NCBI GenBank assembly: GCA_947501605.1
Contig: CANMWZ010000004.1
Location: 64,001-128,000, forward strand
Direction of reading: 5' to 3'
Length of the DNA: 64,000 bases
Source of the DNA: Planctomycetota bacterium
GTDB lineage: Bacteria; Planctomycetota; UBA1135; UBA2386
Of this stretch, positions 11,634 through 21,074 are shown piece by piece. Under the pieces are notes generated by a model. It saw only the letters and a program-made list of their open reading frames with translations. It did no database searches and had not been told where the DNA came from. Position numbers and translations under genes: made by a program. The number at the start of each line of letters is the position of its first letter. Positions within the stretch are counted from its first letter, which is position 1.

Positions 11634-13477
11634 GGTGCCGTGCCGCCTTCGAGGGCGCTGGCTTCGGTCTGCCGGCGAAAGGCGGCGGCATAGTCGCCGC
11701 CGAGTGCGACGAGCTCGCGGTGGGATCCTCGTTCGTGCACGGTGCCGCGGTCGAGCACCAAGACCAGGTCGGCATCGGTCACGGCCGAAAGTCGGTGCGT
11801 CGCCACGATCATGGTGCGCTTTTCGCGCGCTCGCTGCAGGCCGCTCACGATGCGGCGTTCGGTGTGCGAGTCGACGGCGGACAGCGTGTCATCGAGCATC
11901 AATGCCGGTCGATCGCCCAGCAGAGCTCGCGCCAGTGACACGCGCTGCTTCTGGCCGCCGGAGAGCGTTACGCCGCGTTCGCCGACTACGGTCTGGAGGC
12001 CGAGTTGCAGTTGCGGGAGGTCCTGGTCGAGTGCCGCGGCCTCGACTGCGAGGTCGAGATCTTCGGGGCCCGCCTGCGCGCGGGCGAACGCCACATTGGC
12101 GGCGATCGTGTCGCTGAACAGAAACGGCTCTTGCGGGGCGAAGGCGAACACGGCGCGGATGGCGCGAGGAGACAGGTCCAGAACGTCGTGGCCGTCGAGA
12201 AAGATCGTGCCGCGCGGCGGTTCGTAGAAGCGCAGGCACAGTGCCAGCAAAGTCGTCTTGCCGCTGCCGACCGGACCGACGAGTCCGAGTTTGCGACCTG
12301 GCTCCAGTTCGAAGGACACCGAACGCAGGGCTGGCGCTGCGGCACCGGCGTAGGTGAATGTGAGGTCGCGCACGAGGAGGTGGCCGCGCAAGGGAAGGTC
12401 CAACCCCGTGCTGTCCTCGGCCTTCTCGGCGAACAGTTCTTCGACGCGCTTCGCGGCAGCGATCGCCCGCGGCATCGTCGCCAGAGTCCAGCCGAGGATC
12501 TCGAGCGGGAACATCATGAGCCCGAGATAGACCGTGAACTGGAACAGCGCGCCGATCGTCAACTGCCCATCGATCACCTGGTGGCCACCGACCAGTAACA
12601 CTGCGAAGAGCACCGCGCCCGTGGTCGAGTGCGTGATGGCGTGCATCATGGAACGGAGTCGCACGAGGCGCAGGTTGCACCCGAGGTAGCGGCGGTTCTT
12701 GGTGGCCATTGCCGCCAGCTCGCGGTCTTGCGCGGCAAACTGCTGCAGAATGCGGATGCCGGCGAAGTCCTCGTGCGCGCGCTGCGACAGCTGGCCGATG
12801 GCTTCCTGCGCCCGCTTGCTCCACTTGTGCAGCCGGGGCATCAGCATCCGCAAGGCGATGAACAGCATCCCGAACGCGAGTGCACAAGCAAACGTGACAC
12901 CGAGGTCCAGCCGCGCCATCAATACAGCACCGGCGGGGAGCAAGCACAGGGCGCTGCCGCCGTGCAGGAGCAGCGGCCCCATGACGAAGCGCACAAGCTC
13001 GACATCCTGCGTGAGTCTGCTGACCACGTCGCCGGTGCGGGCGCGGTCAAACCACGTGATCGGGAGGCGTTGGAGGTGCGCGAGCGCTTCGTTCTTGAGG
13101 TCCTGTTCGACGAGGCGTGAAACGTCGATCAGCCACCGCCGCGAGACGTAGCGAAAGACGGTCTCTGCGACCGCGAGTGCGAGCAGCAGCCAGCAGGAGT
13201 CGGCGAGCGCGGCTTGCGCAGCAGCAGTGGAGCCAGTTGCGGTGGCGGACGGCGGTCCACTGCCCGGTTCGAGTTGATCGAGAACCCCGCCCATGACGGA
13301 CGGCATCCAGAGCGAAACGGCGGCGTGCAGGGGGACGCAGGCCATGCCGAGCAGAACCATGCCGCGACGGCGCATCAACATCTGCCAGGGGCGGTGCAGT
13401 GCGGCCGCTGTCGAACCAAGCTTGGGCAAGGGCACAGCATCCGGGCTGGCATGGACGGATGCAAACCGGTGTTGCAT
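11630..13477 (-). CDS. ABC exporter (TMD+NBD), heterodimer subunit with a degenerate Walker B
   Basis: GPVGSGKT, LSGGQKQR, LMLDD (D in place of the catalytic E) and THRLS. Overlaps its partner by 4 bp, as in BmrCD/TM287-288-type pairs. The start is uncertain; the ORF-track extension to 13948 overlaps the next gene. Confidence 0.9.
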   Translation of the reverse strand: MQHRFASVHASPDAVPLPKLGSTAAALHRPWQMLMRRRGMVLLGMACVPLHAAVSLWMPSVMGGVLDQLEPGSGPPSATATGSTAAAQAALADSCWLLLALAVAETVFRYVSRRWLIDVSRLVEQDLKNEALAHLQRLPITWFDRARTGDVVSRLTQDVELVRFVMGPLLLHGGSALCLLPAGAVLMARLDLGVTFACALAFGMLFIALRMLMPRLHKWSKRAQEAIGQLSQRAHEDFAGIRILQQFAAQDRELAAMATKNRRYLGCNLRLVRLRSMMHAITHSTTGAVLFAVLLVGGHQVIDGQLTIGALFQFTVYLGLMMFPLEILGWTLATMPRAIAAAKRVEELFAEKAEDSTGLDLPLRGHLLVRDLTFTYAGAAAPALRSVSFELEPGRKLGLVGPVGSGKTTLLALCLRFYEPPRGTIFLDGHDVLDLSPRAIRAVFAFAPQEPFLFSDTIAANVAFARAQAGPEDLDLAVEAAALDQDLPQLQLGLQTVVGERGVTLSGGQKQRVSLARALLGDRPALMLDDTLSAVDSHTERRIVSGLQRAREKRTMIVATHRLSAVTDADLVLVLDRGTVHERGSHRELVALGGDYAAAFRRQTEASALEGGTAP

Positions 13478-13595
13478 TCCTCGACAGTGGGTCGTTCTCG
13501 ATCTGCGACTTCTCCGCGCCTGCAGTTTCACTGCACCACCGCCGCGCGTCGACAAGCGACACGGTCTCTTGTCATCCGCAGGAGCGCAGGCAGCC

Positions 13596-16500
13596 ATGAT
13601 CCACCAACGACTTCCTCTCGCGACAGCACTCCTCGCCGCTCGTCCGCACCGGTCTCCTGCACCCGTGCGCGCAGAGCAGCGCGGCCTGTCACTGCCCGAG
13701 GTCCTGCTCGGCCTGTTGGTGATGGCCACTGTTGCCGTCGTGATGGTCAGCCATCTGACCATCAACTTGCAGAGCACTCTTGGTGAGCGCGACCGCTTGT
13801 TCGGCTTTGGCAAGGCGCAGGCCATCCTGGCCGAGATCCAGAGCCATCGTGATCGTGGCACCAGCCGTGAACCCGATGACATCGACGCGCTCGACGACGG
13901 TTCTGTCAGTCGACCGACGTTGACGATCGCCGAGGACGACACCGGCAATCTCGTGCTGCCGGACCACGTCCTTTCGGGGAACTACGAACGCTCTGGCGAG
14001 TGGGTCTGGACCCGTCGAATCAGCGTTCAACCGCTGCCTGGCATCGATAACCGCAACGTGCGCTACGTGACCGTGCGCGTGTTCCACCGCGACGGCGCTG
14101 GTATCGAGCGCGAGGCGGCGAACTTGTCGGCTTTGGTCAACGCCCCCGGCGCGGCCTTTCCGACCACTCAGGTGTTCGACCTGTATCTGCTCGCGGTCGA
14201 GAACATCCCAGGCTGGTGGGTCTTCATGGACTCGATCCGCCCGTTCGTGGAGTCGACGATCACGGATCTGGAGACGCGCAACCCCGGTCTCGAGGTGCGG
14301 ACGCACTGGATCACCAAGTCGAGCTTTGGCCGCAACCAGACCTATCGCCCGTTCATCAACGACGCGGTCGACAGTCTGCAGCCGATTCCGGACGTCTACT
14401 ACTACCCGGGTCGGATGCCAGCCGGTTCGGCGTCGACCTACTACTACGTGCCCTCGAACATCAAGGGGCGCATCTCGCAGGATGGCGTCGAACGCAACGG
14501 CTTTGACCCGGACACCAATCCGCTGCCGTACTCGTTGGCGGACTACTTCAACCACGCCATGCGCCAGCCAGAAGAGCTTGGCTTGTGGACGGCACGCGTG
14601 CAGGCCATCGAAGCGCGAGAAACTCTGATTGCCGATGCGCGCGCCGCGGGCCGTCTACCGCCGCCAGCGCTCGACGACATGTCGAAGGAGCCGACTCTGC
14701 GCATGTTCCTCGACGACCTCTCGGCGACGCCCGAGAAGTACCGCAACGCGCTGGTGATCAACCTGCACGGCGAGTTGCTGCCGATGCCGGCAATGCGTAA
14801 CTACTCGGATGCGGCACGCGATCCGATCCGCGCCCCGGAAGTTCGAGTCGTGACCCACAGCGAGCAGATCCGCACGCGGCGCGATGCCGGTGGCGGCGAT
14901 CCGGCCCGCTTTCGTGTCTATGCCTACACGTCGAACGTGGCGCCGAGCTGGCAGACGGTGCCAGCGATCGCCATGGACGTCACCGGTCTGGATCTGACCG
15001 ATGACACGACGCCGGAGCCAGAGCTCCGTGCCGACGTCCAGTTGCAGAATCTCCGTGGCGGCGTTCCCGTGAACGGCGATAGCTCCTACTTCCCCTTTGC
15101 CGCCGCGAAGGTGGAAGGCGACCGGACCCTCGTCCTCGGGGAGATGTACTACTCGGCGCGTCTCGTCAAGCCGAGCAATGGGGACGTCCCGTTCACGCGG
15201 GTCATGCTCTACAACACGCCGTGCGTGGCGCCGTCCGTCGCTGGTCGTGGCCTCACCAACGATCGGCGCTCGCTGCTCTATGGCCTCGCCTACGTGCCGA
15301 GTCCGTGCTCACCGCGTCGCGACTTCGACTACGACCTCTTCAGTGCCCCCGTGGGTTCACGGGCCAAGAACTCGGCGCGCTGGACGCTGGCGGTGCCGTC
15401 GAGCGTGTTTGCGGATCGTCGCTTCATCACGGCGGCTGGCGACAGCATCAACCCGGCGGCAGACGTGGTGCTCGCTGTGAGCACGCGCATCTGGACCGGC
15501 GCCGAGGCCGAGACCGCTGGTCGCATGTGGCCAATCGCGGTTCGGACCGCGCCAGAGAACCTGACGACTACCTACACTTGGTGGTGCGACAGCCCGACGG
15601 ACGTGCCGGTTTCGGAGCGGTCGCAGTTCCTTGGCGATCCCCGCCACTGCCCGTATCGAGACCTGATGCGTGCCTCCGTCGCTGGTGACCCCGATCACCC
15701 GGCGCCGGTTCCGGACTTCGTCGACGGCTACAACTGGTACTTCGACGCGCTGAACAACACCACGGACGCGCGACCGGACTTCCCGAACCTCTCGGCGCCG
15801 CGCCTCGCCAACCTGTGGCGTGGAGCCATTCAGAGCGACGTGCCGCGCCAGCTCAATTCCTTGCGCCAGGGTCTGGTCCAGAGCCGCTGCGTCTACACCA
15901 CGCTCACGGGGTTCTCGTACTACTACCTCGGCATCGGCAACGAGATTGGCTACGACGCCGCGAACGGCTACCCGAGTTCGATTCCGGTCAATCAGACTCC
16001 GTTCGGTGCGCCGGCTGCCGCGGGCTTCGTCAACAACATCACGGGCCAGCGTACCTTGGTGCGTTCGAACGCGTTGCTCCCCACCTACTGGTGGTCGATG
16101 CCGTGGCTTGGCGATCTCTACCCGGATGCTTCGGCTGCTGCTTGGTTTGCCTTGGATGCCAATGGCAACCCGCGCGGAAACCTGAGCGCTGGTGCAGGAG
16201 CGACGGCGTTCCGTCACCAACAGGCGTTGCTCGTGAACTCGGGCAGTGCCCGCTCGGCATGGGGAACGCGCATGGTGAACTCGCACCAGCGCATGCAGGA
16301 CGAGGGGTGCACCTCGTTCTTCAACACGGGAACTGCGGCGTCGACTTTCCACCATCAGTACGCGGCTGGCACGGGAACGTTGACGGTCTCGGGAACCGAG
16401 ATCGCGGACAACTACAACTTCAACATGCCGACGACTGCACCGATCAGCCGTCCGTTCGGCATTGCGACCAACACGAGCGGTACCGTCGGCTCGGAGTGGA

Positions 16501-17168
16501 ACTTCTCGCCGTACAGCACAGGCCGCTACACGACGCAGTTGTTGCGGACCTACTACAACCACCCGAACGGCAATGTCGGGTCGGGCTTGGTCCGCATGTC
16601 GGATCCCGCAGCGCAGAACTCGGCCTATGTCGTGGTCAACGGCATCGACCGCACGGTCGAGTCGGGCTCCAACTTCATTGCCAAGTACTCGGTGCTCTCG
16701 CTCGTGCACTCCTTCTTCGAGGCCGGTAACCCGAGCCTTGCGCATCGCATCCAGCAGCCGGTACGGGTCGAGATCCTGGAGCCGACCGACATCTCGGAGT
16801 TGGTGGATCCCATCGACATCGACATTGCGTTCGAGACGTCATGGCGTCGTTGGGACGGGTTGCCGTACACGGCAGCGGGTGGCGTGGCCGAGAGCGAAGC
16901 GGAACTGGAGTATGTGCTCACCTACTCGAACGACAACGGCGTCACGTGGCGCCACATCCGCGACGGCTCGCCGGCCAACCCGGGTACGCGTCCGACCGAC
17001 CCGGCGATGCTGGCCGCGGATACTGGCCCCGGTGCGGAGACGTTCACGTGGAATGTGCCGTCGGCGCAGTTCCCGCAGGGTAGCTACCAGTTGCGCGTCG
17101 ACTGCTTCCGACAAGGCGCTCCGATCCACTTCTCGTACCACAAGACCCGACTGTTCCTGCAACGCTGA
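13596..17168 (+). CDS. Very large (~1190 aa) protein with a prepilin N-terminal cleavage/methylation motif (PilV/GspI-like head plus an unknown passenger region)
   Basis: AGGAG upstream of ATG 13596. QRG/LSLPEVLLGLLVMATVAVVMV has Glu at +5 and a hydrophobic helix. It also has WTRRISV...VRYVTVRVF, an aromatic/Gly/Thr/Asn-rich body and YSNDNGVTW near the C-terminus. Confidence 0.85.
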   Translation: MIHQRLPLATALLAARPHRSPAPVRAEQRGLSLPEVLLGLLVMATVAVVMVSHLTINLQSTLGERDRLFGFGKAQAILAEIQSHRDRGTSREPDDIDALDDGSVSRPTLTIAEDDTGNLVLPDHVLSGNYERSGEWVWTRRISVQPLPGIDNRNVRYVTVRVFHRDGAGIEREAANLSALVNAPGAAFPTTQVFDLYLLAVENIPGWWVFMDSIRPFVESTITDLETRNPGLEVRTHWITKSSFGRNQTYRPFINDAVDSLQPIPDVYYYPGRMPAGSASTYYYVPSNIKGRISQDGVERNGFDPDTNPLPYSLADYFNHAMRQPEELGLWTARVQAIEARETLIADARAAGRLPPPALDDMSKEPTLRMFLDDLSATPEKYRNALVINLHGELLPMPAMRNYSDAARDPIRAPEVRVVTHSEQIRTRRDAGGGDPARFRVYAYTSNVAPSWQTVPAIAMDVTGLDLTDDTTPEPELRADVQLQNLRGGVPVNGDSSYFPFAAAKVEGDRTLVLGEMYYSARLVKPSNGDVPFTRVMLYNTPCVAPSVAGRGLTNDRRSLLYGLAYVPSPCSPRRDFDYDLFSAPVGSRAKNSARWTLAVPSSVFADRRFITAAGDSINPAADVVLAVSTRIWTGAEAETAGRMWPIAVRTAPENLTTTYTWWCDSPTDVPVSERSQFLGDPRHCPYRDLMRASVAGDPDHPAPVPDFVDGYNWYFDALNNTTDARPDFPNLSAPRLANLWRGAIQSDVPRQLNSLRQGLVQSRCVYTTLTGFSYYYLGIGNEIGYDAANGYPSSIPVNQTPFGAPAAAGFVNNITGQRTLVRSNALLPTYWWSMPWLGDLYPDASAAAWFALDANGNPRGNLSAGAGATAFRHQQALLVNSGSARSAWGTRMVNSHQRMQDEGCTSFFNTGTAASTFHHQYAAGTGTLTVSGTEIADNYNFNMPTTAPISRPFGIATNTSGTVGSEWNFSPYSTGRYTTQLLRTYYNHPNGNVGSGLVRMSDPAAQNSAYVVVNGIDRTVESGSNFIAKYSVLSLVHSFFEAGNPSLAHRIQQPVRVEILEPTDISELVDPIDIDIAFETSWRRWDGLPYTAAGGVAESEAELEYVLTYSNDNGVTWRHIRDGSPANPGTRPTDPAMLAADTGPGAETFTWNVPSAQFPQGSYQLRVDCFRQGAPIHFSYHKTRLFLQR

Positions 17169-17182
17169 TCCAGGTGGCTATC

Positions 17183-18211
17183 ATGACTCGCAACACACAG
17201 AAGGGTTTCAGTTTGGTCGAGGTGATCATCTCCGCGGCCATCTTCATGGTCTTGGTGGTGGTCGTGAGTTCTCTTGCGATCACGGGTTCGGATGCTCAAG
17301 ACCTGGGTCGCCGGATCAGCAAGATGACGGAAGTGGCACAGGAGGTGGCGGATGATATCCGACTCCAGATGGTGTCCTCGGCGCGCGTCTTCGGCAATGA
17401 CACGTCAGGCCGTGCAATGATGGGGATCCTGGATTTGGGGGCGGCGCCAACGCCGGCTGGAGTTCGTCGATTGCCGACGATCGATCAGGACGGACCGTTC
17501 CGGCAGGACACTCTGGGCGACGAGATCACCGGCAACACGATTCTGTTCGCCTACTTGGCCTGGCGTGACCGCTATCGCTGCATCTCCGGGAAGGACTATC
17601 TCGTCGATGTGTATCGAATGGTGCACTACTACATGTCACCAGCGGACGGCGGCCCTGGGCCCAACGTACGCGGCGGTCTTGACCTCGTTCATTTCGTCAG
17701 CGAGCCGCTTGCTGATGGCGACGCCATCAACAACATCACGGATCCGATTGATCGTGCCGAACTGCTCTTGCACCTTCACGACAGTACTCCAGATGCCGAA
17801 GGCCGAGCTCGTGACCCGGTCCAGGTGGTATGGCTCCGAGCCGGCGAGCCGGATGCGGTCGGCACCTTGCGACAGATCGACGACAACGACGGTAGCCTGA
17901 GCGATGACGTCCTCCCGGCGACTGGCCGCCCAGACCCCTGGCAGATCCTGCCGAGCGCTGATGGCGTTGCTCGTCTGCTTGCCTTCCGTCGCGCCTCCGT
18001 GGCATCGAACTTCGATGTGACAGCTCCGGGGATTTCTCGTTTCGCAGTGCGTGACGACGCCAATGGCTTCCCGCACGGACTGGAGTTCCAAGTGATCGGT
18101 CCGACGGCAGCGAGGCAGATGCTGCTGCATCTGGTCTTGGTGGATACGGCCCGCAAGGGACAGCCAGCATGGAGCCAGATGCAGACGATCATCACGGCTC
18201 ACGATCGCTGA
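17183..18211 (+). CDS. Prepilin-type protein (PilW/GspJ-like minor pilin or pseudopilin)
   Basis: MTRNTQKG/FSLVEVIISAAIFMVLVVVV class III signal with Glu at +5; starts 14 bp after the previous gene. Confidence 0.85.
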   Translation: MTRNTQKGFSLVEVIISAAIFMVLVVVVSSLAITGSDAQDLGRRISKMTEVAQEVADDIRLQMVSSARVFGNDTSGRAMMGILDLGAAPTPAGVRRLPTIDQDGPFRQDTLGDEITGNTILFAYLAWRDRYRCISGKDYLVDVYRMVHYYMSPADGGPGPNVRGGLDLVHFVSEPLADGDAINNITDPIDRAELLLHLHDSTPDAEGRARDPVQVVWLRAGEPDAVGTLRQIDDNDGSLSDDVLPATGRPDPWQILPSADGVARLLAFRRASVASNFDVTAPGISRFAVRDDANGFPHGLEFQVIGPTAARQMLLHLVLVDTARKGQPAWSQMQTIITAHDR

Positions 18212-18550
18212 GACGGCCGCTGGTTCCAGATCCGCGCACGGTCCGAGCCGTGCGCTGCGGCTGTGCGGCCGGAGTTCTGCAAGCCGACTGGATCGCGCTC
18301 GCGCTCGCGCAGCCGATGCACAGAATGCGAGCCATGCTTGACCGTGGTGCCGCGGGCTTTCCACCGCGCCCCTACACCGTGCGGCGCGTCGGTTGGTCGA
18401 GTCGGTCTTGGTGACGTCCGAGCCGGAGGCCCATCGCAATGGACTCTTGGATCGGCGCTTTGAGGCGTTGCATGTGGCGGCCCCGATCGCCGAACGCCGT
18501 GCTTCGAACTCGCCGCAGAGTCCCCAGAGTCCCGTCCTTGCCCTTGGCTC

Positions 18551-18814
18551 TCGTGGCTCAGCCTCGTCGAGTCGTTCTTCGCGATGGTAGAGAGGCACGT
18601 CTCTCGGCGAGGCGTGCACCGCAGCGTCGGCTCACTGGAGACCTGCGTGCGAGACTTCCTCGACGCTTACAGCAGCGATCCCATTCCCCTCGTGTGGACC
18701 AAGTCCGCTGCCGCGATCCTCGACAGTCTGCGCCGCTACTGAGAAGACGCAAACTCCCCGCGCGAACAGCGGACCCTTCGACAGAGGTCGCAGACTTCCA
18801 AGTCCACCCACTAG
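18551..18814 (+). mobile_element. IS630-family transposase remnant (C-terminal ~63 codons plus the probable right end)
   Basis: 18551-18742 translates as SWLSLVESFFAMVERHVSRRGVHRSVGSLETCVRDFLDAYSSDPIPLVWTKSAAAILDSLRRY*. This matches the IS630 tail pattern SWLNxVExxF...RRGxxxSV...PxPFxWTK. A possible element end ...CACTAG lies at 18809-18814. No upstream DDE region is recognisable. Confidence 0.8.
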
Positions 18815-19558
18815 CACTCGCCAACCGGATTGTGTGCAGCCCGCTGGGGGCACGACGTGCGCCAGGCCGCGACAACCGCCAAGCGGAGCCAAGGACTCGC
18901 GGACTCGTCGACGGTGTCCGAGCTGGGTCACTTCGTGCCAAGGCATGGGGAGCGCAGGGAGCGTACGGGTGCCTCGATGGTCGCCAGGAAACGTAGCTGA
19001 CGCCGCGCCTGCGCCTGCGTTCTCGAGCATGCCGGTCTGATGCGTGCCCCGTGGTGGCGTGTGCGAGGAGCAGCGTGCGGCCTGGGTGCAATCCTGCGAG
19101 TCTGCGGCGTGGGCTGCTTATCCGACGACCCGCAGCGGGGCGGACTCACGGCCGGCTGTGCCATGCCACGGCCGCGGCGCACTCGTCTGGCCTGGTGGGG
19201 GCGAGCTTCGCCGCAGGCTGCAACGCGGTCTCGGCGCAGCGGAGTGTGCCTCTGGCCGGGTCGCAAGAGATGCTCCTGGAAGGCCCTATTTCGCCACCGA
19301 CCGTGCCGTTTGCTCTCGGAGTCAAGGGCGCGCGTGTCGCGGTGCGCTGCACCTCCACCAACAGCGCCTCGACCACCACAGCTTGGACCAGCACTGGAGC
19401 GCTACCGGCTGCACAGGAGGGGGGATACGTGCGCCTGCGCGGGCCGCGCAGCAGGCTGGTGCGAACTCACCCTGCGGCCACGGCAAGAGCCCTGACCTGC
19501 GGCCTGGCCGCTCGCCGGGGGTTGATCGCGGTCGCGATCGAGCCCGCCACCGCCCAAC

Positions 19559-20800
19559 TCAGCGCTGATCGCCCCAGTAGGGGCGCGTCGTGGCGCTCGC
19601 TTGACGGTAGGTGCCGAGGGTCTGGCGCAGGCGGTTCACGATGCCGTCGTCAAACGTGACGGTCGCGTAGTCGCTGGCTCCCTGAACCGTGACGGTGCCG
19701 GTGACGACAATCGCGCCCTGGAGCTCCGAAGGTTCGCGCACACTCAGGTTGCCATTCACGTAGAGCAGGCCAGAGAAGCTGGAGTAGCTCGATTGCTCGA
19801 TGGTCACGTTGCCATTGACGACGACCACTCCGGTTCCGCTCAGCGGGCGGGCGGCATCGAAGATCAAGTTGGTGTCCGCGACCACGACTGCGTCCTTCGG
19901 CAACGGGCTCGGGAACTCGTCAGGGTCGACGAGAATCGAGTCTGCCATGCCCTTCAGTTCTGTCAGCGACACCCCAAAGACAGCGGTCATGCTGTCGTCG
20001 TAGGTGGCATTCGGCGAAATGCCGCCGGTGACGAGGGCGCCAGTGCCTGAGACCGTGACACTGCCCGTGCTGATCTGGTGATAGATGCCGGCCGCCGTGT
20101 TGCCGCCGTAGATGCGTCCACGCGTGAAGATCCGGCAGGTGCTGGCCGTGCGCGTGCACAGGGCCGCTTGGCCGGGCGGTTGCAGTGCGAGACGACGGAT
20201 CTCGGTCTCGACGACTTCTTTGGCGACGACGCGGTTTGGAGTCGCATCAAACGCCAGGGTCGGGTCCTGACGACGGAAGACGTAGCCGACGCTGCGAATG
20301 CGCCAAACGGAGCCAGGGCTGAGGTTGCCGCGCTCATCGGAGATATCGATGCATCGGACCTGATTGCGGAAGGCCAAGCGCTCCGCGTCCGGGTCAGCGC
20401 TCCAGTCCTTCCAAACTTCGTAGCGGCCCCAGAGCGAGCCACTGATCTCGAATTCGCGCGCGATGCCGATATCCGGGTCGATCGTGTCGAGCAGCGGCGG
20501 TGTCGCGGCCGCGTCGAGTTGCGGCGAGAACGTGGTCACCGGCTGCGCCGTCTGCTTGCGGTACCAGCCGATGGCTTCGATCAGTCCTGACCGCGCGAAC
20601 TCCATCGCTTGGCCATTGCTCGCGAAGTGAATGCTGGTCGAGTCCCGATGCGCCTGGACAAAGATCGCACCCGACATGGTGATCCCGAGGGCGATGATCG
20701 CGAAGAACAGCGCGAAGATCAGTGCCATGCCCCGTTCGCGAGCACGGTCCATGGCATGGCGAGAACTGACGAGGCTGCTGCGTACTGGAATTGCGCTCAT
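19559..20800 (-). CDS. PilX/GspK-like minor pilin protein
   Basis: ERG/MALIFALFFAIIALGITMSG is a class III-like signal without Glu+5. It also has AMEFARSGL, WRIRSVG and a C-terminal beta-repeat region (GTGVVVVNGNV...FSGLLYVNGNL...GAIVVTG). AGGAG RBS. Confidence 0.8.
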   Translation of the reverse strand: MSAIPVRSSLVSSRHAMDRARERGMALIFALFFAIIALGITMSGAIFVQAHRDSTSIHFASNGQAMEFARSGLIEAIGWYRKQTAQPVTTFSPQLDAAATPPLLDTIDPDIGIAREFEISGSLWGRYEVWKDWSADPDAERLAFRNQVRCIDISDERGNLSPGSVWRIRSVGYVFRRQDPTLAFDATPNRVVAKEVVETEIRRLALQPPGQAALCTRTASTCRIFTRGRIYGGNTAAGIYHQISTGSVTVSGTGALVTGGISPNATYDDSMTAVFGVSLTELKGMADSILVDPDEFPSPLPKDAVVVADTNLIFDAARPLSGTGVVVVNGNVTIEQSSYSSFSGLLYVNGNLSVREPSELQGAIVVTGTVTVQGASDYATVTFDDGIVNRLRQTLGTYRQASATTRPYWGDQR

Positions 20801-21074
20801 CGATGGGCTCCTGCGGTGGACCTTCTGCCGCTAGGAGTCCTTCATCGGCGCAGTTGGGCCGGTGCCCAAAGTGGCAGTCCCGCATCCAGCCTGTAGAGCG
20901 TCGCACGGCCCATGTCATGGCCGGCGCCGAGTCGCTTCTAGTGTCCTTCCCAGGCGCCCGCGGCTGCTGTCCGTGCTGACCGTCGATGCGTGCACCGCGC
21001 TGTGGCGGTGGAGTCTCGCAAATCCGCGGTGCGTTCGCCGCTTGCCCTTCCGATACCACTGCGACGGGGCTTGG

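Noticed and set aside
13293..13948. Apparent 650-bp head-to-head overlap of the ABC gene and the giant pilin gene in the ORF track
   Set aside because: This is an artefact of taking the most upstream start codons. The motif- and RBS-supported starts (about 13477 and 13596) do not overlap.
18815..19558. Several 80-200 aa ORFs in the gap
   Set aside because: They are Arg/Ala/Gly/Cys-rich, overlap one another, and have no RBS or motif. None is convincingly coding.
20842..20876. Sigma54- or sigma28-like elements upstream of the pilX-like gene (GGCAC..., GCCGATGA, TGCCCAAAGTGGCA)
   Set aside because: GG-N10-GC spacing is not met and there is no -35 match. These words are common in GC-rich DNA.
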